From: a virus
Taxonomy: Duplodnaviria; Caudoviricetes
Length of the DNA stretch: 56,032 nucleotides
Virus record (IMG/VR): IMGVR_UViG_3300022696_000137
Location: 1 to 56,032 of that record
Strand: one strand, 5' to 3'
Below the pieces are notes generated by a model. It saw only the letters and a list, made by a program, of their open reading frames with translations, made no database searches and had not been told where the DNA came from. Position numbers and translations under genes: made by a program. Shown piece after piece: positions 38,115-48,080 of the stretch; position 1 is the stretch's first letter, and each line of letters begins with the position of its first letter.

Positions 38115-39335
38115 TTAAAAGTATTTTGAAAAATTATTAATAAATCTTGGTGAATCTAACCACCGCCCATCTCTGTCAAGCATATTATATTGATCTGTTA
38201 TTGTCTTATTAAACAAATTAGGCTCCGAATATTTATTTAAAATCAATTCATCTAATTCCTCAACAGTTACCTTTTCATTAACTTTAACCAAATTATTATC
38301 ATAGGGGCTTGGCATACCATTAGTAAATGTTGTACCAATACTAACACACCCTGCGGCACAATACTCAATATGTTTAATATCTGATTTACTATAATTAAAA
38401 TAATTTTGTACAAGTGGGGATATGCCAAAATCTGGTTTAAACTTCAAAATTGGAAGATGATACTGAAAGCTATTTAACCAATTTATAACTAATATCTTAT
38501 TCTTTATTTTTTCAAAAAACCAAGGCAGCCCTCCCATACAACAAAATTCTATTTTTTTATCCACAACACTTTTAATCACCCAATCAGTCCATTCACTATC
38601 CCAATCGCCTTTTAATCTACGAGCATTACAATAATGAGTAGGCGAGCCTGTATAAATAACACGAGGTTTTTCTAATTTCTTTTTAATCAATGGTCTTTTT
38701 CCATTACCTTGCCAAAAATATTTTGGTATAGCATTAGGAATAACTACGACATTTGATTTTACACCGGCATTATTAACTAAATAATCTTTTAGAAATTTAG
38801 TTGAGACACAAACAGTATCCATCATATTCATAATTTCTATAGTAGATTTTTTAGTTTGTGAATCAATTTTGGATGATGCTAAATTATAATCTGGTATTCT
38901 TTCCCCATTATTTGGACCATCCCAAATAAAGTCATCAATATCATACACCATTTTAAATTTATATCTTTTTTGAAGATCTTTAAATTTTTTAATTTGGGGA
39001 ATTTGAGACGGCGACATTGTTCTTTGAAAAAACATTGATCGGCATCTTATAAGAAAATCGTGTTGATAAATGAAAAACGGCGCAATAAATGGAACAACCT
39101 TCCCATCTTTACCAGCAACAGCATTTAAATAAGTCATAGGAAATATGTTTCTAATATGACCACAACCTGTACTATCAGAAACATAAGAAATAAGTAGATT
39201 TTTCCGAACCTTTTCAATATTAGATTTTATTTTTATTGTTCCAGGGTAAGATTGATTAGGATTATCTAATTGATAATCAAATTTTGTTAAATCACTTGTT
39301 GGTAAATTTTTTTCACTCATTTTAAACCCTTTCAA
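38115..39335 (-). CDS. Glycosyltransferase (GT-B-like)
   Basis: GCGHIR, FQR, YDIDD, VST..L, VIPNA, ISPL..N.FN.SKSDIK..EY. Confidence 0.8.
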   Translation of the reverse strand: MKGFKMSEKNLPTSDLTKFDYQLDNPNQSYPGTIKIKSNIEKVRKNLLISYVSDSTGCGHIRNIFPMTYLNAVAGKDGKVVPFIAPFFIYQHDFLIRCRSMFFQRTMSPSQIPQIKKFKDLQKRYKFKMVYDIDDFIWDGPNNGERIPDYNLASSKIDSQTKKSTIEIMNMMDTVCVSTKFLKDYLVNNAGVKSNVVVIPNAIPKYFWQGNGKRPLIKKKLEKPRVIYTGSPTHYCNARRLKGDWDSEWTDWVIKSVVDKKIEFCCMGGLPWFFEKIKNKILVINWLNSFQYHLPILKFKPDFGISPLVQNYFNYSKSDIKHIEYCAAGCVSIGTTFTNGMPSPYDNNLVKVNEKVTVEELDELILNKYSEPNLFNKTITDQYNMLDRDGRWLDSPRFINNFSKYF

Positions 39336-39350
39336 ATTATTTGTTAAATT

Positions 39351-40400
39351 TTAAATTTGTTCGCCTTTAGAATTTTTATATAATTCATTAACTATTTCTT
39401 TAACTTCATTTTTATTATCTATATTTAAATTTTCTATATATTCTTCAATCAATTCTCCGACAGATTTAATTTCAAACTCTAATTCATCTTTTGAAAAAAG
39501 ATTATGATTTATAAAAACATTTGGTGGGTACGCCGGTCCTAATTTTTCAATTTTATTAACATATTTCTGAATCTCATTATCATCTGTTTTACCTATATCA
39601 TAATCAACGGAAATATCAATTACATTTCCTTTTACTATTGATTCATTAAACTCTTCAGGATATTTTAAATCTATAAATTTAATTGTTTTCTTTGAATTTA
39701 CAAACTCATAACTTAAATCTTCAAGATTCAACACACAAAATCCTCTATCTTCTCCTTTATCATGGCGAGTTAAATGAAATGGGCTTCCTACCATTATTAT
39801 TTCTCCACCCCTTCCTTTAGTTATGGATCTTTGATGAAAATGCCCTGAAAATGTCAAAGTATAATTTTTATGAAATACTATTGTATCAATTCCTCTGGGA
39901 GAAATAGTTGTTTTATTAAATGGTACTCCAGCTATTTCAAAATGACCAAAACAAACATCACAATGAATATTTTTATTTGCTACTCTTTTAGAAAAATTTT
40001 CATTATTTACTTGCCAAGGAACATATAATAATCTTTTATTTTCTAATTCAATTAATTCAATATCTTCATAAACAGTTAAATTTTTAAATTTTTTCAAAAA
40101 ATTTAAAGAATGAACTTCAGTCGTTGTTTTAAAATAAGTGTCATGGTTGCCCGGAAAAATTCTAATCTTAAATCCTTCTTTATCAAATATTTCGAATAGG
40201 TTAAACACACAACTTTTCATGTATATATTAAGGGTGTTCCTGGTATCAAACAAGTCACCTAAAAAAATTATATCATTTATATCATGTTCCTTAAGATAAG
40301 GTATAAATTCATCATAAAAAAATCTAAGTTGACTATCTAAAAAAACTTTTGAAGATTTTTTTATTCCAAAATGCGGATCAGCGACCAATGCCATCTTCAT
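39351..40400 (-). CDS. gp47: Recombination endonuclease subunit (gp47, Mre11/SbcD-like)
   Basis: DPHFG, GDLFD, GNHD, GHFE, SGHFH. Confidence 0.95.
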   Translation of the reverse strand: MKMALVADPHFGIKKSSKVFLDSQLRFFYDEFIPYLKEHDINDIIFLGDLFDTRNTLNIYMKSCVFNLFEIFDKEGFKIRIFPGNHDTYFKTTTEVHSLNFLKKFKNLTVYEDIELIELENKRLLYVPWQVNNENFSKRVANKNIHCDVCFGHFEIAGVPFNKTTISPRGIDTIVFHKNYTLTFSGHFHQRSITKGRGGEIIMVGSPFHLTRHDKGEDRGFCVLNLEDLSYEFVNSKKTIKFIDLKYPEEFNESIVKGNVIDISVDYDIGKTDDNEIQKYVNKIEKLGPAYPPNVFINHNLFSKDELEFEIKSVGELIEEYIENLNIDNKNEVKEIVNELYKNSKGEQI

Positions 40401-40411
40401 TAAAAATCTCC

Positions 40412-40786
40412 TTAAAGTTCAGCAGTTTGATTTACATAATCTAAATTTTCATTAAAATCAAGGCTAACAAATAAATTTTGTTTAGTTTTATATTTCTTAA
40501 TATTCTGAACAAAAGAATTATAAGCTATCATTGTAAAATATGAAAATGGATTAGTTCTTGTTAAATCAAAATTTTTCATATATTTTAACATAACAAACAC
40601 GGCATCAGATTCCATTTCAGCCTTTCTGTCTGGAGTATAATTAATAAAATTTGGTTTATTCAAAAAATTTCGGGCAATCTTTTGAAAAATAACACCTAAT
40701 TTCTCATAATATTTTCTGGAGCCCGTCTTATCATATTTTCTTAATATTTCAAGAAATTCTTTATTGTCAACATAATGATTCTTCAT
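40412..40786 (-). CDS. gp55: Late-transcription sigma factor (gp55-like)
   Basis: HYVDNKEF, PNFINYT, EM.SD, NPFSYFT.IAYNSF. Confidence 0.9.
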   Translation of the reverse strand: MKNHYVDNKEFLEILRKYDKTGSRKYYEKLGVIFQKIARNFLNKPNFINYTPDRKAEMESDAVFVMLKYMKNFDLTRTNPFSYFTMIAYNSFVQNIKKYKTKQNLFVSLDFNENLDYVNQTAEL

Positions 40787-40795
40787 AATACCTCC

Positions 40796-42559
40796 TTAAT
40801 AAATCTTTTCAATCTTTGAAAACCCAGATGCTTTTGTTACTCTAAAATGTGAATCAAACTCTTGAACATCTTGAAGTCTATGACTAATGATATAAATGCT
40901 CATATTTTTATTATTAGAAATAAGTCCACTCAAAGATGAAAGCATTACTTCCAGACCATCTTCATCAACTTGACCATCTAATAATTCATCCATAATAAGA
41001 AGCGAACAATCCCAACTACAAATAATTTTGGTCACGTCAATAAATGCAAGTAATATGGAAATATCAATTCTCTTTTTCTCACCTTCTGAATGGGACATAT
41101 ATGATAATTCTTGTCCAACCTTTTCTATCCCATAAATTTTATCCTCTAATAATTCATTTAATTCCATTTTTATAGGCATTTCAAATTTTTTAAGATATTC
41201 ATTTATTTTAACATTTAAAATTGGCATAAGTTTTTTGAAAAAATATGCTTTAATACCATTATCTGAAAGAATTACAGAGGCTGTTTCACTATGATATAAA
41301 TTAGTTTTTTCTTCTTCTGTTTCTTTATAAAGATTAGTATAATATTTCATTTTTTTATCTTGTTCAATTTGTAAATTTTTAATATCAAAATCGAATGAGC
41401 GTTTTTTAACAATAACTCTTCTTTCTTCTTGATCTATTATTTCATTAGTAAACCATTTAGCTTTATCTTCAAGAGATATAATTTCTCTTTTAAGATTATT
41501 TTGGTCTTCTATATTTTGTTCAATATAATTTAATTGTTCCTTAGCTTTATCAGCCTTTTTTTGATACTTATCTTTTTCCTTAGAATGTTTTTCATTCTTA
41601 ATATTAAGTTCATCAATTTCTTCATATCTTGAATCTTTTGAAAATGATCTCTTACAAGTAGGACAAATTTCATTCTCTTTAAGAAATTTAATCTTCTTAT
41701 TATTAGATTGGATTTTATAATTTTCTTCATTTACAGAATCTCTCCAACTTTGATATTCTTTTTGAAATTCTTTTTTCTTTAATTTCAATTTTTTAAAATC
41801 ATCAATAGAATAAGTTTTAAATGTTTCAATTTGAGACCAAATTGATTCTCGTTCAGTTTCATATTTATCAATTTTATCATTTAGTCTTTTAATATCATTT
41901 TGTTTAGTTTCTTCAAATGTTTCTTCAGCATGTTTCATTTCATTAAGTCTATTTTGATTACCTACAAGATTTTCTTCCAATATTTTTAATTCTCTTTCAT
42001 TCATTTGAACCTTTGTTTTTATACCGGCCATATTAACTTTAAGTTGACGGAGCATTTCACCAAAAACTTTAACATTAAAAATTGATTCAATAATATCTCT
42101 TTTTTCTAAAGTTGTCATTGAAAGATATGGTTTATTATAATTAATTGCAAGTGATATTACTTGTTTAAACATAGTGTAATTAATACCAAGAATATTATTT
42201 ATTTCGTCTTGTGTTTGTCTTTTAGTTGAAAGTAATTCTAATTTATTATTATTTTTAAGGATTTCTATAGTATCTGGAAGTTGTTGTCTTATTATATTAT
42301 AAATATCGTTTCCAATCTTAAATTTACATTCTACATATAATCCTTTTTTGTTTATTCTATTAATAAGTTCTCTATTTTTAATTTTTCTATAAGGTTTTCC
42401 AAAAAGACAAAATGAAAGTGGATCAAGGAGACCACCAGATTTTCCTTGACCATTCTTTCCTGTTATAAGGTTTAAGCCTGGATAAAAATTAATGGTTGTA
42501 ATACCTTTGCCAAAAGATAAAAAATTTCTAAATTTTAATTCTTGAAATTCTACATACAT
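40796..42559 (-). CDS. gp46: Recombination ATPase subunit (gp46, Rad50/SbcC-like)
   Basis: NFLSFG, GKNGQGKS, CPTC hook, SEGEKKRID, MDE, ISH. Confidence 0.95.
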   Translation of the reverse strand: MYVEFQELKFRNFLSFGKGITTINFYPGLNLITGKNGQGKSGGLLDPLSFCLFGKPYRKIKNRELINRINKKGLYVECKFKIGNDIYNIIRQQLPDTIEILKNNNKLELLSTKRQTQDEINNILGINYTMFKQVISLAINYNKPYLSMTTLEKRDIIESIFNVKVFGEMLRQLKVNMAGIKTKVQMNERELKILEENLVGNQNRLNEMKHAEETFEETKQNDIKRLNDKIDKYETERESIWSQIETFKTYSIDDFKKLKLKKKEFQKEYQSWRDSVNEENYKIQSNNKKIKFLKENEICPTCKRSFSKDSRYEEIDELNIKNEKHSKEKDKYQKKADKAKEQLNYIEQNIEDQNNLKREIISLEDKAKWFTNEIIDQEERRVIVKKRSFDFDIKNLQIEQDKKMKYYTNLYKETEEEKTNLYHSETASVILSDNGIKAYFFKKLMPILNVKINEYLKKFEMPIKMELNELLEDKIYGIEKVGQELSYMSHSEGEKKRIDISILLAFIDVTKIICSWDCSLLIMDELLDGQVDEDGLEVMLSSLSGLISNNKNMSIYIISHRLQDVQEFDSHFRVTKASGFSKIEKIY

Positions 42560-42593
42560 GAAAAATTATCCTTTTCTTTAATCTTTATATTTA

Positions 42594-42622
42594 AATATAC
42601 TATTCTAATCTATAATTGTCAA
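42594..42622 (-). promoter_or_regulatory. Repeated phage promoter TTGACAATTATA
   Basis: TTGACA-N17-TATATT upstream of gp46. Confidence 0.8.
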
Positions 42623-42759
42623 GCGATCAAATTAATACCCCCATTTGTCAAGGGTTTTATTACTTAAAATTATATATATTTAAAAATGTGAAATACGAGT
42701 GCGGTTTCACAAAATGATAACAAATTGTATCAACAAACCTTACAAAAGGAGGTAAAATT

Positions 42760-43188
42760 ATGAAATTACAACCATTCTTCGACATCTTTGGAGAAACATT
42801 CGATATTCTAACCAGAGATCCATTTGAGGGTTTTCATTCCTCACTTTTTAATACTACAACAAAAGTAGATTATCCGTATAATATTAAAGTCAATGATAAT
42901 TCTTTTAATATTGAAATTGCTGCTATAGGATTAGATAAAAAAGATATTAATATTGACGTTGAAGATAATAAATTAATTGTATCTTCAAATAAACCTCAAA
43001 CAAAAGAAAATAAAGACAATTATATTATCAAAAAATTAGTTGACAGAAATTTTACACTTTCTTGGGATTTTCAAGCTGATGTAGATCTTAAAAATATTGA
43101 AGCTATACTTGATAAAGGACTCTTAATAATTAAAATTCCTAAGAAAAAGAATTCTATTGATAAAAAATTGAGAATTGAAATTCAATAA
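42760..43188 (+). CDS. Small heat-shock protein (Hsp20)
   Basis: YPYNI, IEIAAIG, A.LDKGLL.I.IPK; AGGAGG SD. Confidence 0.92.
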   Translation: MKLQPFFDIFGETFDILTRDPFEGFHSSLFNTTTKVDYPYNIKVNDNSFNIEIAAIGLDKKDINIDVEDNKLIVSSNKPQTKENKDNYIIKKLVDRNFTLSWDFQADVDLKNIEAILDKGLLIIKIPKKKNSIDKKLRIEIQ

Positions 43189-43213
43189 AATCATTAAAAC
43201 GCGCTCAAATTCT

Positions 43214-43255
43214 AATAAAAAAGCAACGTCAATTTTGATGTTGCTTTTTTTATTA
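43214..43255 (+). terminator. Rho-independent (bidirectional-type) terminator after hsp20
   Basis: AAAAAAGCAACGTCAA / TTGATGTTGCTTTTTTT. Confidence 0.85.
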
Positions 43256-43334
43256 TTAAAATTCATAAAAAACCACAAGATGTTGTATATTTAACTATTA
43301 ACTATACAAAATGTGGGGGTCTAAAACTGAATTC

Positions 43335-43363
43335 TTGACAATTATAATCTAAAATTTTATATT
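43335..43363 (+). promoter_or_regulatory. Repeated phage promoter TTGACAATTATA (uvsY)
   Basis: TTGACA-N17-TATATT on the + strand. Confidence 0.8.
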
Positions 43364-43489
43364 AGGTTAAAAAGATTTACCAGGTACTTTTCATATACTT
43401 ATTATTATTATTAATATAATTAATTAAGTAAATAAACATTAAGTTCATTAACACACCGGCTTGCGCCGGAACTTTTGAGAGGAGAACTA

Positions 43490-43942
43490 ATGACTGATTC
43501 TGATTATAAAAAACTAAAAGATTATCTTGAAGAAGAACTTCAATTTGACCCAACAAATCCTCAAAGTTTAAGAGATAAACAAAGTAAGATACCACAATTG
43601 CTCCAACAATTTCTAACAATATATGCAAATGAAAAAGAACATTTAATTTGGTTACAATCACGATTAAAAATAACTCATTCTGAATTTTTCCATAAATACA
43701 AATACAATAGAGATAAAAAAGGTAATCCAATAGTAAATTTTGATTTTGATTATAATCTTAATACAAAAGGCGACATTGAAGTTTATGTTCAAGGTGATGA
43801 TAATTATGCTAAAAAAGCTTTAGCTGTAAAAAAGCAGGAATTACAAGTTGAATTTTTAGATAGAAGCATTCAAAATATTAAAGATATGAGTTGGGCATTG
43901 AAAGCAAGTTTTGAACAATTAAAGTATTTTGAAGGTGGTTAA
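43490..43942 (+). CDS. uvsY: Recombination mediator UvsY-like
   Basis: Helical protein with K.DI..Y...D motif directly upstream of uvsW; AGGAG SD before ATG 43490. Confidence 0.7.
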   Translation: MTDSDYKKLKDYLEEELQFDPTNPQSLRDKQSKIPQLLQQFLTIYANEKEHLIWLQSRLKITHSEFFHKYKYNRDKKGNPIVNFDFDYNLNTKGDIEVYVQGDDNYAKKALAVKKQELQVEFLDRSIQNIKDMSWALKASFEQLKYFEGG

Positions 43943-43991
43943 AATTAAATATCAATTTATGGAATAGAAATAATCAATCTTTTGTTGAAAA

Positions 43992-43999
43992 TATAAATA
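43992..43999 (+). promoter_or_regulatory. T4-type late promoter
   Basis: TATAAATA about 35 nt upstream of uvsW; gp55 is encoded in the window. Confidence 0.6.
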
Positions 44000-44033
44000 T
44001 TCTTGTATTTAAGTTTTTAACAAAGGAGTTGAT

Positions 44034-45539
44034 TTGATTCGATTACACAAAGTTAATGAGGTATATCTTCGTGTAGAATGTTCATTTGAACAAGCATTAG
44101 AACTTAAAGAATTCCTCAGTTGTTACGCACCGAATTTTCAATTTCACCCAAAATTCCGTCAAAAAATTTGGAATGGTAAAATATCTTTTTTTGATTTTCG
44201 CACCCAATGTTTACCTATTGGTCTTCTTGAGAAATTTATAGAATTTTCAAATAATTTTGGATATGATTATGAATATTCTTTTCCAATTGAAGAACTCTTT
44301 GACTCAAAATTTTCTATTGATAAACTAAACATCTTTTTTATGAAAATATTTTCTGGTGTTAAAATTAATGACAAACTTCTATATCCAAGAGATTATCAAA
44401 TAAAAGCTATTCAAAATTGTCTTTATCGTCAACGTGGAGTAATTGAATCACCAACTGGTTCAGGAAAATCTCTTGATATTTACTCAATAATTCGTTATAT
44501 ATTAGAAAATACTGAAGAAAAAATTCTTCTTGTTGTTCCTTCAGTATCACTTGTAGAACAAATGTTTTCTGATTTTTTTGATTATGGGTGGAAAAACGCC
44601 AATAATTATGTAGATATTTTATATTCTGGTAAAATGATTACTGGAAAAAGAGTACTTTGTTCAACTTGGCAATCTATTTACAAAAAAAGTTCTGGTTTTT
44701 TTAAAGATTTTGGTGCAATATTAATTGATGAAGTTCATAGTGTTGGGTCATCTCAATCAATACAATCTGTTGCTAAAAAATGTACTAATGCTAAATATAG
44801 ACTTGGGTTTACAGGAACTCTTCCAGAAGAAGATCATGATATTTTTAACATTTATGGTTATTTGGGGCCGCAAATTTTTGAATTAAAATCTGCTGAATTG
44901 ATTGACAAAGGAGTACTTTCAAAAATAGTAATTGCTAATATTCTTTTTAAATATCCTGAAGCTATTGTAAAAAAGAATAAAAATAGAACATATCCAGAAG
45001 AAATAAGAACTATTGAAACTTATAAACCAAGATTTAAAGTACTTAAATATATTTTTGAAAATATAAAAGATGGTGAAAACACCCTAATTCTTTGCAGACA
45101 TATTGATCATCTTAAAGAAATTATAGATTATCTTGAAAAAAATGTTGATGATAAATTTAAACTTTCTGTTATATATGGAGCCATAGGACCTGAAGAACGT
45201 GAAGGAATAAGAAAAATGATGAATATAGAAAAGAATATTATTCTCATTGGAACTTATGCTACAATGTCAACAGGTATAAATATAAGAAGAATACATAATG
45301 TAATTTTTGCTTCATCTTATAAATCTAAGATTAAGATATTACAATCAATAGGCCGTGGTTTAAGAACACATGAAGATAAAGATTTGCTTATTCTTTGGGA
45401 TATAGTTGATGATTTAACTTGGAAAAAAAGAACTGGAAAATTGGGAAAGAATTATGTTTATGAACATTTTGAGCAACGGTTAAAGTATTATGAACAGCAA
45501 GGATTTAAATACCACAATCTTTTGTTGGGGGAAGAATAA
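44034..45539 (+). CDS. uvsW: SF2 DNA helicase
   Basis: PRDYQ, PTGSGKS, DEVH, TGT, QSIGRGLR. Confidence 0.93.
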   Translation: MIRLHKVNEVYLRVECSFEQALELKEFLSCYAPNFQFHPKFRQKIWNGKISFFDFRTQCLPIGLLEKFIEFSNNFGYDYEYSFPIEELFDSKFSIDKLNIFFMKIFSGVKINDKLLYPRDYQIKAIQNCLYRQRGVIESPTGSGKSLDIYSIIRYILENTEEKILLVVPSVSLVEQMFSDFFDYGWKNANNYVDILYSGKMITGKRVLCSTWQSIYKKSSGFFKDFGAILIDEVHSVGSSQSIQSVAKKCTNAKYRLGFTGTLPEEDHDIFNIYGYLGPQIFELKSAELIDKGVLSKIVIANILFKYPEAIVKKNKNRTYPEEIRTIETYKPRFKVLKYIFENIKDGENTLILCRHIDHLKEIIDYLEKNVDDKFKLSVIYGAIGPEEREGIRKMMNIEKNIILIGTYATMSTGINIRRIHNVIFASSYKSKIKILQSIGRGLRTHEDKDLLILWDIVDDLTWKKRTGKLGKNYVYEHFEQRLKYYEQQGFKYHNLLLGEE

Positions 45540-45582
45540 TAAATATTATAAAATAATTAAAGATTTTTAAGAGGAGAAGCAA

Positions 45583-46344
45583 ATGTGGATTAAATTTTTT
45601 GGGTGGTTAACGACGCTATCCCTTAATTGGTGGCAAGCTTTAATTTTTTTGATTGTGGTTATGGTTGGCATATTATTATTAAATTTTCCTAAAACTAAAC
45701 CTATTTGGGTTTGGTTAGTGACAAGAAAAAAGAAAAGAGTAAAAATTCCTTGTGCGAGTTGTATTCAGATTACATTTTCGAAGCGTGAAAAGATGGAAAC
45801 AAAAAGAGAAATTATTGAAAATAAAATTTTAAAAGATCAGATGAATTTTGTTGAAACTAAATTATCTGAGCTAAATACACTCTGTATAAATAATTATAGT
45901 AAATTATTATCAGATTTTCGTGTTGATGATTCAGATGAACCTGGAAATGAAATTATACAATCCCGTCTTTATTGGGGAGTTTTGTTTGAAGCTTTAGAAA
46001 AGCTTGTTAAAGATGAATTAAGACGATCATTTAAAGAAAATGGTTTTTATGAGGTGGGTGGAGTAGAATTTCAACAATTTGTTAAAAATCGTTCAATGAA
46101 TATTGTTTCCATACTTACATATCATATAAGAAATGCATACCCACCTAAAGGTTTAGGAATGATTATTGATCAAGAATATATTCTTAATTTCTTAGAAAAT
46201 ATTTCTTCAAAAATTGAAGATATAGCTTTTGACATTTATATAGAAGCAAAAAGAATAAAAAAAGTGGCACTTGATGAAATAAACAAGATTGAGACTTCAT
46301 TTTATAAAGAAATGGATGAATATGAAAAGGAGCTTTCACTATGA
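45583..46344 (+). CDS. Hypothetical membrane-anchored protein
   Basis: N-terminal hydrophobic segment followed by a basic stretch; AGGAG SD. Confidence 0.65.
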   Translation: MWIKFFGWLTTLSLNWWQALIFLIVVMVGILLLNFPKTKPIWVWLVTRKKKRVKIPCASCIQITFSKREKMETKREIIENKILKDQMNFVETKLSELNTLCINNYSKLLSDFRVDDSDEPGNEIIQSRLYWGVLFEALEKLVKDELRRSFKENGFYEVGGVEFQQFVKNRSMNIVSILTYHIRNAYPPKGLGMIIDQEYILNFLENISSKIEDIAFDIYIEAKRIKKVALDEINKIETSFYKEMDEYEKELSL

Positions 46345-46793
46345 GTGGATTTATAAATTATTTAGATAATAAGATGATTAAAAGTGTTCCAAGAAAAAAG
46401 AACTTCCAGCCAACAAAACCTTTTAATAAAAAAGAAAATATTTCTTTTGATGAAAATTCAGAGGTTTTTAATAGACTTGTAGAAGAGGTTTATAAAAGGG
46501 TGGTTAAAGAATTAAAACCAATTAAAAAGTTTGTTCCTAATAAACCAGTTGTTGAAAATAAATCTAATAAACTTAATAGACGAGAAAGTATTGGGAGTAA
46601 AGTTAGAGATATTTTAGAAGGTGTGTCAGATAGTAAAGTTGCACCAAAATTTGGTAATTTAGTTCAAGAAAGAACGACACAAGAAGGGTCTGGAATGTCA
46701 ATGGGTGTTGATGAACATGGTGACCCCGTTCTGATTAAGCCAGTTAAAAAATTAACTGGTGATGCTAAAAAAGCAGCAAGTTTATTATTTTAA
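46341..46793 (+). CDS. Hypothetical protein
   Basis: ORF with AGGAG SD and ATGA coupling. Confidence 0.65.
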   Translation: MSGFINYLDNKMIKSVPRKKNFQPTKPFNKKENISFDENSEVFNRLVEEVYKRVVKELKPIKKFVPNKPVVENKSNKLNRRESIGSKVRDILEGVSDSKVAPKFGNLVQERTTQEGSGMSMGVDEHGDPVLIKPVKKLTGDAKKAASLLF

Positions 46794-46808
46794 AAGGAGA
46801 AATTAAAA

Positions 46809-47246
46809 ATGGCAATTAGTGTTATAATGAAAAATTTCAAAAAAGAGCTTTTCAAAGGTGATTTTGATTTAGAAGATGGCAATCTTTGGGTTGCATTAGT
46901 TAGTGGAACAGAAGGTGTTTCTACTTCTACATTTGAAAATATGATTGCTTTTTCTGCAGCTCAAGTGTATGAGACGAGTGGGTTTAATTCTGTGTATACA
47001 TCCGGTGGACAAAAATTAAATACAAGTGCGATAACATTAAATGGTTCAATTGCACAATGGGATGCCGGTGATGTAACTTGGTCTAATTCTACAATAAATT
47101 CTGATGGGTGTGTTATTTTCTTGTCAGCCACAGATGTAAATGATAGTAAGTTAGTATGTTATATTAGTTTTAACGGTACAAAAGCATCCAGTCTTGGAGA
47201 TTTTACTATTCAATGGAATTCTTTGGGGATAATAAATTTGGTTTAA
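46809..47246 (+). CDS. Putative virion structural (tail-associated) protein
   Basis: FKKELFKG.FDL, YTSGG..L, DAGDVTW, FTIQWN..GI pattern, recalled from phage tail-region proteins. Confidence 0.6.
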   Translation: MAISVIMKNFKKELFKGDFDLEDGNLWVALVSGTEGVSTSTFENMIAFSAAQVYETSGFNSVYTSGGQKLNTSAITLNGSIAQWDAGDVTWSNSTINSDGCVIFLSATDVNDSKLVCYISFNGTKASSLGDFTIQWNSLGIINLV

Positions 47247-47270
47247 TTTTTAAAAATTGAAAGGGGTGTT

Positions 47271-48080
47271 ATGGTTGATGAATTGACGTTTAGTACTTCT
47301 AATAGTATTCCGATCCCGATAGAAAATTTATATAAAGGGTGTTCTTGTTTTTTGGTTGTTGGTGGACCAAGCCTAAAAACTTTTGATTTAAAAAAATTAG
47401 ATGGGTTAATTTCAATGGGAGTAAATAATTCCCCGGTAATTTACAAACCAAAACTTTGGACTTTCGTAGATGATCCTAATAAATTTCTTTTAAGTATTTG
47501 GAAAAATCCTTATATTATGAAATTTTCTCCTTTTCATAAAAAAGAGAAAAGATTATTTAATTCGGCCCGATGGGAAGATGTTCCTCTTAAAACTAAAGAA
47601 TGTCCTAATGTTATCTTTTATCATAGAAATAATCATTTTCAACCGGCTAAATGGTTAAACGAAAAAACAGTTAATTGGGGTAATAGTAAAGAAAATGGTG
47701 GTACAAGAAGTGTGTTTCTGGCTGCTATAAAAATTCTTTATTTATTAGGTTTTAGGAAAGTTTTTCTTGTTGGGTGTGATTTTAGGATGAAAGAGAATGA
47801 ACAAAATTATGCTTGGAAACAAGATAGAACAAGTGGATCTATAAAAAATAATAATAAAACTTATCAAGTTTTGAATGAAAGATTTAATATTTTACGACCT
47901 TTATTTGAAGAAAAGAATTTCTTTATTTTTAATTGTACGCCTAATTCTGGATTAAAATCTTTTCCTTTTATTGATTTTTCTGATGCTATAGAAATAGCAA
48001 AAAGTGATTTTGAAATTTTAGGAGAAAAAACTGAAGGTTTGTATGAACGTACCGCGCTTTTGAAAAAGGATAAAAAATGA
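47271..48080 (+). CDS. Maf/DUF115-like putative glycosyltransferase
   Basis: CFLVVGGPSL, GVN, FVD, LGFRKVFLVGCDF, IFNCT. Confidence 0.7.
   Translation: MVDELTFSTSNSIPIPIENLYKGCSCFLVVGGPSLKTFDLKKLDGLISMGVNNSPVIYKPKLWTFVDDPNKFLLSIWKNPYIMKFSPFHKKEKRLFNSARWEDVPLKTKECPNVIFYHRNNHFQPAKWLNEKTVNWGNSKENGGTRSVFLAAIKILYLLGFRKVFLVGCDFRMKENEQNYAWKQDRTSGSIKNNNKTYQVLNERFNILRPLFEEKNFFIFNCTPNSGLKSFPFIDFSDAIEIAKSDFEILGEKTEGLYERTALLKKDKK

Noticed and set aside
5654-43363. Repeated 12-mer as CRISPR repeats or mobile-element ends
   Set aside because: Copies are dispersed kilobases apart, oriented with downstream genes and have promoter spacing.
43377-43730. 117-aa minus-strand ORF
   Set aside because: It is antisense to the uvsY-like gene and runs into the AT-rich intergenic tract; no motifs.
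45583-46344. Holin assignment for the membrane-anchored protein
   Set aside because: A single N-terminal hydrophobic segment is compatible with a T-type holin, but there is no motif or adjacent lysis gene to support it.
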